Shown here one piece after another: positions 25,038-32,853 of a DNA stretch of 64,000 nt (position 1 is the stretch's first letter; each line of letters begins with the position of its first letter). The notes beneath the pieces were generated by a model. It was given only the letters and a program-made list of their open reading frames with translations, ran no database searches and was not told the origin of the DNA. The position numbers and the translations under genes were made by a program. Origin of the DNA: a virus; IMG/VR virus record IMGVR_UViG_3300047160_010363, positions 35,983 to 99,982 of that record; one strand, written 5' to 3'.

Positions 25038-25397
25038 ATGCTGAGGCCGTTACGCGAAATTGAATTAGAGGTGTTCCTTGCTGCACAGGAACTTGTGTTT
25101 AGCGTTGGGTTTTTGACGCTCGGTCCAGTAGCGTTGCGAGTTGTCAGTCTTTCGCACGCGCGCCTGGTCGGTGGTTGGCTTATTGCCACTACTGGTATGA
25201 CTATCATAGGATTATTATTTTATGCTTACGACAATTCTTGTGCACATCCACTACGTTTTATTGGTGCGCTGGGTTCAGGGTTATTGTGGTTGTTTCTGTT
25301 TTGGTCGATGCCAACATTAGTGCTTTCTGTTTTGTCTGTTTTGTTTATTTTAACTAAAGTGCACATTGCAATTACCGCGTGGTCTCATCAATGGTGA
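25038..25397 (+). CDS. Multi-TM protein, holin candidate
   Basis: 119 aa with 3-4 TM segments, upstream of the endolysin. Confidence 0.4.
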   Translation: MLRPLREIELEVFLAAQELVFSVGFLTLGPVALRVVSLSHARLVGGWLIATTGMTIIGLLFYAYDNSCAHPLRFIGALGSGLLWLFLFWSMPTLVLSVLSVLFILTKVHIAITAWSHQW

Positions 25398-25738
25398 GCT
25401 ATGTCCGCGACAAATGTCTACAGTTATTCAATGGTGGGCATTTAGTCATAATGGTGGTAACCGCAATGGGGCTGCTTGGCAGCACTGTTGGAGTGTGGAC
25501 ATCACTAAACTCAACCATTGTAGAAAATAGAAAGGATGCTGAAGAGTTACGGCGAAAACTGGACGCTTTTATACAATCTGAAGAAGTGTGGAAAGATCGA
25601 GAGGATCGTTACGACAGAGAGGTGCGCGATACTATGCGCAGTGATCAACAGAACATTAACGACGCGCTTCGACAGATGAATAATCGTATCAATGAGGTAG
25701 CTTTGGCCGTTCGCGGCGGGTCAAACGGTCCGAAATAG
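25391..25738 (+). CDS. TM plus coiled-coil protein
   Basis: Single TM segment followed by a charged coiled coil. Confidence 0.45.
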   Translation: MVSYVRDKCLQLFNGGHLVIMVVTAMGLLGSTVGVWTSLNSTIVENRKDAEELRRKLDAFIQSEEVWKDREDRYDREVRDTMRSDQQNINDALRQMNNRINEVALAVRGGSNGPK

Positions 25739-25749
25739 CGAGGCAACGA

Positions 25750-26403
25750 ATGACCACTACGTTCTTGAATTTCGGCCCGGAACTGGATGCGATATTTGCG
25801 GACGCGCAGAAAATTCTCGTTAACCAGGCCACTGAGGCGACGTTCGAAACTAAGGTCCTTGCAGCACTTGCGGCGCTAGCTACGGCGCTCGACCAACAAT
25901 CTGCACAGATCGCAAGTGGCTTTACCATTGATGTGAATTTGCTCAATCAAATCCTTGCTTGGGCAAACTATGACGCGACACCGGCTCGTGTCCGGTTCGT
26001 CGTCATAACCCACCGTGATATCATAACAGGAGAACCAGTAAAGATGCCCACCGCGTTGATGAATGACGTGATCTCGAACATTCCGCTGGAGTTTGACAAT
26101 CTCGTAGGAGTAAAGGTTGCTGCCCCGGTGGGAGGCACCATTACCCTTACAGTTGTGGATGATGCGAGCGGGAATCCTTCAACCGCTGCAACCGTGGCTA
26201 TGGGCGCGGATGGTATGTCGGTAGATGTAACACCGACGCCGTCGGACGGGACGAACCTTGACCCGGGATTCACGATCAATTTCGAGGACATGGCCAACGC
26301 TGATTTGAAGGCCAGTCTCGACTGCAACTTCGTGAGTGATTCGGAAGCAGCCAACGTGCACTTTGTCACGACTGGTATCACGACGCGACCTGTCGGGCCG
26401 TAA
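25750..26403 (+). CDS. Hypothetical protein
   Basis: 217 aa ORF with GAGG RBS. Confidence 0.5.
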   Translation: MTTTFLNFGPELDAIFADAQKILVNQATEATFETKVLAALAALATALDQQSAQIASGFTIDVNLLNQILAWANYDATPARVRFVVITHRDIITGEPVKMPTALMNDVISNIPLEFDNLVGVKVAAPVGGTITLTVVDDASGNPSTAATVAMGADGMSVDVTPTPSDGTNLDPGFTINFEDMANADLKASLDCNFVSDSEAANVHFVTTGITTRPVGP

Positions 26404-26422
26404 GATCACTAGGAGCGGGAGT

Positions 26423-26449
26423 GGGGGACTTCGGTCCCCCAAACCTTTT
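26423..26449 (+). terminator. Hairpin with UUCG tetraloop, possible terminator
   Basis: GGGGGAC-TTCG-GTCCCCC, then AAACCTTTT. Confidence 0.4.
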
Positions 26450-26463
26450 AGCGGAGCTAACAT

Positions 26464-27063
26464 ATGATCGAGGGAATAATAGACCTCAGCCACTGGCAGA
26501 GTTCCGTTAATTTGCAAGCTTATGTGAAGTCTGGTGGTTTGGCAGTGTTTCTAAAGGCGACGCAAGGATCAACGTGGGTTGATCCGACGTTTACAGCTCG
26601 TGTTCTGGCTGCAACGCAGGCCGGACTTTTGGTCGGGGCGTACCATTTCTGTGATGCAACATCTCCTGCTGCACAAGTTACACATTTTATGGCGGTTGCA
26701 GGGAAGGTCACAAAAGTTTTAGCGATTGACGTTGAGAATAACGGCATGGGTGAAACTGTTTCTATAGCGCAGGCTGCTGAAATCGCAGTGCTGCTACAAT
26801 CTGCCACTGGTCGCTTGCCTCTGGTTTACATAAGTCGTTATGGTCCCACCGGTAACGGGGCAGGATTACCAAACAGTGTGCTAATGCGATGCCCATTGTG
26901 GCTTCCAAAGTATGGAACCGATCCCATCTGCCCACCTGGGTGGATGGACTGGACTTTTTGGCAGTATACCGACGAAGGTTCTGCTGACGGAGTGGAGTCA
27001 CCCTGCGATATGAATCGCTTCAATGGCACAGTGCTCGGTCTTAACTTGTGGTGGAATGCATGA
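26464..27063 (+). CDS. Endolysin, GH25 muramidase
   Basis: IDLSHWQ, KATQG, GAYHF, AIDVE, LWL.KY, WTFWQYT, CDMNRFNG. Confidence 0.92.
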   Translation: MIEGIIDLSHWQSSVNLQAYVKSGGLAVFLKATQGSTWVDPTFTARVLAATQAGLLVGAYHFCDATSPAAQVTHFMAVAGKVTKVLAIDVENNGMGETVSIAQAAEIAVLLQSATGRLPLVYISRYGPTGNGAGLPNSVLMRCPLWLPKYGTDPICPPGWMDWTFWQYTDEGSADGVESPCDMNRFNGTVLGLNLWWNA

Positions 27064-27245
27064 ATAAGTGGGTTTCAGTTGGAATTTCAGCGCTCAGTGA
27101 TTTCGTAATCACTGCCGGTGGCGCGTTCATGGCAATTGGAGGCAATACGTGGCCGACGTCATATCAACTTGCCATCTGTGGGGTGGCTGGGTTGTTACAG
27201 GCTGCGCGTGGAGTGCAGAAAATTCTATCGGTTCCGCCCCAATGA
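27060..27245 (+). CDS. Small two-TM protein, holin candidate
   Basis: ATGA overlap with the endolysin; two TM segments. Confidence 0.5.
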   Translation: MNKWVSVGISALSDFVITAGGAFMAIGGNTWPTSYQLAICGVAGLLQAARGVQKILSVPPQ

Positions 27246-27428
27246 AGGGTCTGGTCGTCCGTAGATAGCTTCATTTGCAGCTCTCATAGCTTCAGCAAAG
27301 GGTAAACCCTGGCCGCGCGCGTCAGCGGCCAGAATGGCTCGCAGGATCTTTTCAAGCTGATCACAGCGCTGTTCCAGATCGTGTTGCGCGTCCGGATCAA
27401 TGCCACATTTAGTACAGTATGGTCGCAT
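27225..27428 (-). CDS. Hypothetical protein (CxxC)
   Basis: GAGGAG RBS; last gene of the - strand arm. Confidence 0.5.
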   Translation of the reverse strand: MRPYCTKCGIDPDAQHDLEQRCDQLEKILRAILAADARGQGLPFAEAMRAANEAIYGRPDPSLGRNR

Positions 27429-27443
27429 ATTATGACTCCTCTA

Positions 27444-27674
27444 CTAGCGCGGCCGCACAATATGCCTCCGCTCGTATTTCACGCGTACTCCCCGGAAATA
27501 CTCCGGTAGGCGATTTTGCGGGATACGGAGGCCGGGAGCGAGTCTAACGATTAGGTGAGGACGGGTTTCTCCTCGAACTAGCACGTTCACAGCTCCTGGG
27601 GGCGCTCCGATATATTCCAACAAGGCCCGAGCGATTGTGCGTGCATCGTCCGAAACCATGCCCGCATTCATCAT
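27444..27674 (-). CDS. Hypothetical protein
   Basis: Abuts the upstream ORF. Confidence 0.45.
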   Translation of the reverse strand: MMNAGMVSDDARTIARALLEYIGAPPGAVNVLVRGETRPHLIVRLAPGLRIPQNRLPEYFRGVRVKYERRHIVRPR

Positions 27675-28064
27675 TCAGTCTTTCTCATACCATCCCACGT
27701 GACGTCCCTCGTCACGCATCTTCGCGTGTTTGGCGCATAGGTTGTTGGTTTTAACCGTTCGCTTACAGCGGTCACGCTTCAATTCGCGTTCAAAACCTCC
27801 ACGACCTCGACCGGTGTATCGCAACTCTGAATCGCGACGCCACACTATGGCGTTGCACTGCAGTTTAACAATCATCGTATTCCTCCTGACTTGCTGGACC
27901 GCAGTAGCACGTAGACCAGAGCTTCCGTGGGCATTATAATCCCTCTCAAGTGCGGTCAGCTCCTCCTCACTCATCTCGTTATCTTTTAGCACTGCTGCTC
28001 GATCGGCGCGGGCAGCTAAGATGATCGCCTCTTTACTGCGGGCGGTGTAATATGTCTTGGTCAT
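27675..28064 (-). CDS. Hypothetical protein with Cys/His Zn-binding motif
   Basis: QC..RCKR..LCAKH. Confidence 0.5.
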   Translation of the reverse strand: MTKTYYTARSKEAIILAARADRAAVLKDNEMSEEELTALERDYNAHGSSGLRATAVQQVRRNTMIVKLQCNAIVWRRDSELRYTGRGRGGFERELKRDRCKRTVKTNNLCAKHAKMRDEGRHVGWYEKD

Positions 28065-28251
28065 TTTGGTGCCCTTCCATCAAAATTTGGCGCAAGTGTT
28101 CTGCTACGATACCTATGGGTGCCTTCACAGTTTCACACATCACATTACGCTGATTGGATGGTCTATCCCATCGGCACAACAACACGAATGTACCGTGCTT
28201 CGTTTTTTCCAATTGCCCGTAGAATGGAAAACCAGGAATTTCAACTATCAT
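28033..28251 (-). CDS. Hypothetical protein, paralog of 61210-61407
   Basis: MIVEIP..PFYG.LEKT.HGTFVLLCR.DRP shared with the paralog. Confidence 0.65.
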   Translation of the reverse strand: MIVEIPGFPFYGQLEKTKHGTFVLLCRWDRPSNQRNVMCETVKAPIGIVAEHLRQILMEGHQNDQDILHRPQ

Positions 28252-28409
28252 TTTCACACCAGAAAACTGAGTGGGACGAGGATCAGGCCACAGAGTGCGA
28301 GGCCCATTATAATGGGCCACACCAGGCGCTCAATGTCGAACACGGGATACGGTTCGGATTCGCGATGTGCCTGCAAGGCTTCCGCCAGGTCGTTCATGTT
28401 ACTCAGCAT

Positions 28410-29666
28410 TTAATGACGACATCCATCTGTGGTAGAATAACCCGGCTCACACGGATCATTTGAGATAGGCCGTAGTGAGCCAGCTGGCTCGGTGGCCAGG
28501 AAAGTGAACGCTGGGCCGTGCAGCCAAAAGTTTGGGTCGCCAGTGTAGCAAAGAGTGGGGTATTTCCCGGTTGGATTGGCGCAGTCGTGAGCGGTAACAG
28601 AATGACTCAGTCCAATAGCCTGCCCAGACTTCGTTGCGAAGTGGCCATCTACGGCTGTTGGGCTTAGTTGCATAGTTGGATCGATGTTGACATAAAATTC
28701 TGCCATCGCTCCCGGAAACCAGTTTTGGTGCCCTGAATCGTAGTACCCATCATCACCACCGTTGTACCAGTCTGTGGTGATGTCCCAATTGGGGATGAAT
28801 CCGCCATCTGGGAGTTGAATAGTCAACGGAGCAAACTCTACGTTTGTCCCGCCAGCTTGGACCATAGCGAAAGCTCCGGTGCCGGTGGCAGTGTTTATCG
28901 ACACTGCATTCATGTGCCATATGTTGTTCCGTGGGATCGGCGCAGTTTGCGTAGTTGCATAAAGCGTGTACGTCGCTCCGGTGCCGCTAGGGAGCAGTGG
29001 TCCACTGATTGCCACCAGGATGTCTGCAGATTTGAGTGTGTGGTTTTCCTGCTCTATCACATAGCCTCTGATGTTTGGTATCAGCTCGTTGAGACCGACC
29101 AGTTGGCTTCCGTTCTTTATCCAAAGAACGGTGCTTATGTTATTTGGGTTCGGCGCAGCTGGGGCTTCCCACCACGACACCCAGAAGCCATAGGATGCAT
29201 ACGGGTTCCAGGGAAGCGGAGTGTGGACCACCGTGTTTCCGTGAAAATTTACCCCAGCAGCAGGGGTGGTGGCCTGCGCTGTTGCGGCTGATGCGGGTGC
29301 CGGATCGTTCATCTTTGAAACGATTATGCAATGCCCCCATTCATAGACCATTTCGAGCAATTGGAAGCAAAAACCTGCCTGACCTTCGGAGCTTTTCATT
29401 TGCTTCCCGACATTCGTTAGGTCATCAATGCAGTGTTCCGTCCAATTCGGATGATCTTTTTGGGTTTTCGCCCAGTCAGCAGTAACTCGTGTGTCTTTCT
29501 TCGACACACCATGCCATGTGTTTCCATCACTGCTGTAAAAGGTGGCGCACCCACGTGAAGCAGCGTCGGGCAGCCCGAAATAGATTGCAGTGGCTGATTC
29601 CGCTGCGTGCGACGTGAGCATTAATGCAGCGGCAGACGCCACAAGTGATATACATTTTTTGCACAT
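28410..29666 (-). CDS. Secreted protein with putative ConA/LamG-like domain
   Basis: Signal peptide (SHA-A); Cys pairs; WH..AVS.NT..FPG.MAEFY. Confidence 0.55.
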   Translation of the reverse strand: MCKKCISLVASAAALMLTSHAAESATAIYFGLPDAASRGCATFYSSDGNTWHGVSKKDTRVTADWAKTQKDHPNWTEHCIDDLTNVGKQMKSSEGQAGFCFQLLEMVYEWGHCIIVSKMNDPAPASAATAQATTPAAGVNFHGNTVVHTPLPWNPYASYGFWVSWWEAPAAPNPNNISTVLWIKNGSQLVGLNELIPNIRGYVIEQENHTLKSADILVAISGPLLPSGTGATYTLYATTQTAPIPRNNIWHMNAVSINTATGTGAFAMVQAGGTNVEFAPLTIQLPDGGFIPNWDITTDWYNGGDDGYYDSGHQNWFPGAMAEFYVNIDPTMQLSPTAVDGHFATKSGQAIGLSHSVTAHDCANPTGKYPTLCYTGDPNFWLHGPAFTFLATEPAGSLRPISNDPCEPGYSTTDGCRH

Positions 29667-29982
29667 CTACAGTAACTCCTCTAGTGCGATTATATGTTTG
29701 ATCCAGTCGTCTAGATACGCACCCAGTATGGTGCCATTTGATTTTGCCTGGATCATCTGCATGGCTCAATGGTATCGGCCATTGCCCTGGATTTCCTGCT
29801 AAATTGCTGCATGGTTCACCGCAGTAATAACAAGGATATCCATCCCCTGCTCCTAAACTCGCGGCAGTGCGCACTTCATCAAGTTTCCGCAATAGAAAGG
29901 TGACCCAAGCGTTCTTTGCTCCATCTGGCATATCCTTGTGCCGATTGCGTATCTGCGCTTCCAAGTCCTCATCAAGAATCAT
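29527..29982 (-). CDS. Hypothetical protein (CYYCGEPC)
   Basis: ATGA-coupled; 3' part overlaps the next gene. Confidence 0.45.
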   Translation of the reverse strand: MILDEDLEAQIRNRHKDMPDGAKNAWVTFLLRKLDEVRTAASLGAGDGYPCYYCGEPCSNLAGNPGQWPIPLSHADDPGKIKWHHTGCVSRRLDQTYNRTRGVTVDVQKMYITCGVCRCINAHVARSGISHCNLFRAARRCFTWVRHLLQQ

Positions 29983-30215
29983 TTCTTAGACCTGTGCTTA
30001 ATTCCCCTTTCAAAGTCAGTCTTACGAATTAACCAATGGTCGGGGTGGTCCTCAACGCGTGAGGTGGGGAAAACAGTGTAGCCACGATCTTTCAGCTCTG
30101 CCTTCAATGCCATAAAATCAGCGAGATCAATGTTGGCCAGCTGGTTATCTATCCTTGCCCTCGCAGCGGAGGTTGGGTGATCGTGCGCGAACGGTGATTT
30201 CATCGTTTTCGCCAT
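29979..30215 (-). CDS. Hypothetical protein
   Basis: AAGGA RBS. Confidence 0.5.
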   Translation of the reverse strand: MAKTMKSPFAHDHPTSAARARIDNQLANIDLADFMALKAELKDRGYTVFPTSRVEDHPDHWLIRKTDFERGIKHRSKK

Positions 30216-30257
30216 GTTTTATCCTTAGGCTGCGTCCGCGCATTCAATGTTCTAATT

Positions 30258-30512
30258 CTACGCTAATACTGGCCAGTTAGGGTCTGGCCTAAACCCTATT
30301 ACTTCTTCGCATATATCTCCAAAGAGTTCTTGACATAAAGCCATAAATTCTTTTTTACGTTTATCACTGCGTTCCACAAATCTTATGCCGATTGAGGCTA
30401 ACCATATCGCCCCTTCCATTGAGTCCTCCAGTGGAGCCCAGTATGCGTTCCACAGACCACCATCTTCGCGCAGAGCAAGCCGCCCCGTTTTCACTAAAAC
30501 CTGTAGTTTCAT
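30258..30512 (-). CDS. Hypothetical protein
   Basis: Starts MKLQVLVKTGRLALREDG; its 5' end is duplicated at 30894-30933. Confidence 0.6.
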   Translation of the reverse strand: MKLQVLVKTGRLALREDGGLWNAYWAPLEDSMEGAIWLASIGIRFVERSDKRKKEFMALCQELFGDICEEVIGFRPDPNWPVLA

Positions 30513-30933
30513 ATTTTTACGTTTCTGCGCGTTCATGGACACCGCCATCAGCCAGAAAAAGAAATTAACGCCAGTACGGCCCCGCCTATTGCTGCTAGAA
30601 TCCCAAGCAACACTTGTTGTATACATTCGATTTGTATTTCGGTTTGTATTTCGGTTTGTATTTTCCCATTTGTCTCTGAAACATCTAAAGTTGTTTTTAT
30701 AGTGGAAAGATCAAACCTCTGATAAAGCGGGGTTCTGGGATAAATTTTACATTCATTTTGACCGAGACGTACACCACTTAGCGCCTGATGCTGAGCTAAG
30801 ATAGCGTTGAAAGTGGCTCTCTTGGGATCATTCAAAACTGCCTCCTAGGTCTGCGTGGCCTTCTGGCCTCTCCGCGCAAAGCAAAACCGCCCTGTTTTCA
30901 CTAAAACCTGTAGTTTCATATTTTTACGTTTCT
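30487..30933. repeat. Perfect 40-bp direct repeat (30487-30526 and 30894-30933)
   Basis: GTTTTCACTAAAACCTGTAGTTTCATATTTTTACGTTTCT occurs twice. Confidence 0.95.
30548..30835 (-). CDS. Small membrane protein with IQTE repeats
   Basis: GGAGG RBS; 12-bp tandem repeats; C-terminal TM segment. Confidence 0.5.
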   Translation of the reverse strand: MNDPKRATFNAILAQHQALSGVRLGQNECKIYPRTPLYQRFDLSTIKTTLDVSETNGKIQTEIQTEIQIECIQQVLLGILAAIGGAVLALISFSG

Positions 30934-30947
30934 ATCATTGATTTATC

Positions 30948-31643
30948 CTACACCCACTCTACTATGCCAGTGCCGCTCCAGTGCCCAAAGCTTGTCAGGT
31001 CCATTTTTGGGTGCTTGATAGACCGCCAGACGTGCACCATCGGCATCAGGCGAATGTCGTCAAACACAACGATCGGTGGGCTAAGGAACTTAGTCGCATC
31101 GAGCGTCTCAATAAATTTGGTTTCGGTGTAACCGTCTTTAGGCCCATCGACGAAGATTAAGTCCGCTGGCACTATTTGATCTGACATCACCATTCCATAC
31201 ATTCCCCTAAATATATCTGGGTGTGCCATATCACCAAAATATCGATTTATTTGAGTATCGCCGTTATCGATCCAAGATAATTTGTCAGGCTTGATATCAA
31301 AAGTGTAGATGTGACTGGCGCACCACCCTTCCAACATTGCCACAGCGCTCATGCCGGTTCCCGTGCCAAACTCCCACACAACTATTGGACGGAGCACGCT
31401 GCATAGTGCGTTCAGTAAGTGGTAGTGCTCCCCAGGGTAATTGTACCACTTGGGTCCTGGTCCGATCCGGTTGGATAGAATGGGATGCGCAATATTTGGC
31501 ATCTGCGTCATTGTTACAACGCGCGAGACAACAGCGGCTGCGAGATCAAGCAACCAATTCGACGGCTGATATGTTTCATCGTACAGACTCATCAGTAAAC
31601 TTGGTTCTTCGTGTCGAGGTGTTACTTTTTCAGGCTGTGGCAT
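30948..31643 (-). CDS. Class I SAM-dependent methyltransferase (Methyltransf_24-like, probable sugar O-MTase)
   Basis: VWEFGTGTGMSA, DLIFVDGPKDG, VVFDDIRL, FGHWSGTG. Confidence 0.8.
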   Translation of the reverse strand: MPQPEKVTPRHEEPSLLMSLYDETYQPSNWLLDLAAAVVSRVVTMTQMPNIAHPILSNRIGPGPKWYNYPGEHYHLLNALCSVLRPIVVWEFGTGTGMSAVAMLEGWCASHIYTFDIKPDKLSWIDNGDTQINRYFGDMAHPDIFRGMYGMVMSDQIVPADLIFVDGPKDGYTETKFIETLDATKFLSPPIVVFDDIRLMPMVHVWRSIKHPKMDLTSFGHWSGTGIVEWV

Positions 31644-31649
31644 ATTTTA

Positions 31650-31850
31650 TTATCCTTTTTCATCTAAATATTCGATAGAAATACCTTTAGCTATAATATC
31701 GACGTTATCAGGAAAACCTATTGCGTCAAGCCAGCAATCTTTAATATTGTTCGCTTCATCATCAAGAGTTCCCAGCTCATCAAACTCTTTTTGATTAATA
31801 GTGAACTCTACCACTATTCTCCATTGCATTTGGACTACTTTCCCATGCAC
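31650..31850 (-). CDS. Hypothetical protein
   Basis: Acidic 66 aa ORF in the gene run. Confidence 0.45.
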   Translation of the reverse strand: MHGKVVQMQWRIVVEFTINQKEFDELGTLDDEANNIKDCWLDAIGFPDNVDIIAKGISIEYLDEKG

Positions 31851-32137
31851 TTAATCGCGCGCTGTTTACGTTTCTCCGCTTCGGCGTCCAATCTAGCCAT
31901 CTCGGTCGTGTCACCGCGCTCATAGGCTGCGCGATAAGCGGCCTCATCCGCATCACTGCCGAAGCCGGATTCGGCCGCCACCCAAGAGCGACGCTGCGCA
32001 CGCAATTCCTCTTTAGTGAGGCAGCGGATTTTTGAATCAGTTATTCTAGCCATCGTATAAGTAGCCCCTCTATAGACACGAAGATCGACGCACCAGCCAA
32101 GCCAGAAATCAAAATTGAGATGATGGTATCTTGCCAT
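31835..32137 (-). CDS. Hypothetical protein
   Basis: ORF in the gene run; start uncertain. Confidence 0.4.
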   Translation of the reverse strand: MARYHHLNFDFWLGWCVDLRVYRGATYTMARITDSKIRCLTKEELRAQRRSWVAAESGFGSDADEAAYRAAYERGDTTEMARLDAEAEKRKQRAIKCMGK

Positions 32138-32204
32138 CCAACACGATCAAGGATGTAACCACGCGCGGCTTCCACAGCTTCGCAGTATTGGTTTACATCA
32201 TTAG

Positions 32205-32471
32205 TCATTTAGGTATCTCCATCCATTCTGTGGGCTCCCATCCAAAATCCGATAGCGCACTGTTATCAATCATGCGCCATGGATCAAGTGGCCGGTAATG
32301 GGAGTCGTGATAGGCAGACACTACGAAATGACGCGTATCTTGCATACCTGATGGGCCTCGCACTAGTATATATACTCGTTTACCAATTCCAGATTTGGGT
32401 GCGGTAGATATTGGCTTCCAAGCCGACGCGGCGCGTGCTTCACGAAGGTCGTAGAAAAAAGCATCATTCAT
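32205..32471 (-). CDS. DUF551-like protein
   Basis: WKPISTAPK...PTEWMEIP. Confidence 0.65.
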   Translation of the reverse strand: MNDAFFYDLREARAASAWKPISTAPKSGIGKRVYILVRGPSGMQDTRHFVVSAYHDSHYRPLDPWRMIDNSALSDFGWEPTEWMEIPK

Positions 32472-32491
32472 GAGAAGAACCCACTGTTAGA

Positions 32492-32653
32492 TTATGCGTG
32501 GTGTGTCTTGAAGTAATAATCGTAGTGCGAATTACACAGGCAAACTGATATTTCGTCTCCGTCGTTTGTAGAGAATTCATAGTAAAGTATTAACTCTCCA
32601 CAGCACGGACCAGCATTGTCATTCTGTCCATCAGTGTACAGGCACTTATTCAT
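32492..32653 (-). CDS. Small Cys/His-rich protein
   Basis: ATGA-coupled start at 32653; CC..CLCNSH. Confidence 0.4.
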   Translation of the reverse strand: MNKCLYTDGQNDNAGPCCGELILYYEFSTNDGDEISVCLCNSHYDYYFKTHHA

Positions 32654-32853
32654 TCGGGAATCTCTGTCCATTCTGTAGGCTCCCATCCAAAGTCCGATAG
32701 CACACTGCCATCGATCATTCTCCAACGACCATCGTAGTAAGCGGATACCACAAAATAACGCACGCCCGTCATATGGGACGGACCCCGCACTAATACGTAT
32801 CTCCACTGCCAGATTTTGGATTTTGGTGCGGTTGATATAGGCTTCCAAATCAT
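32650..32853 (-). CDS. DUF551-like protein, paralog of 32205
   Basis: WKPISTAPK...PTEWTEIP; ATGA overlap with the glycosyltransferase stop. Confidence 0.65.
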   Translation of the reverse strand: MIWKPISTAPKSKIWQWRYVLVRGPSHMTGVRYFVVSAYYDGRWRMIDGSVLSDFGWEPTEWTEIPE

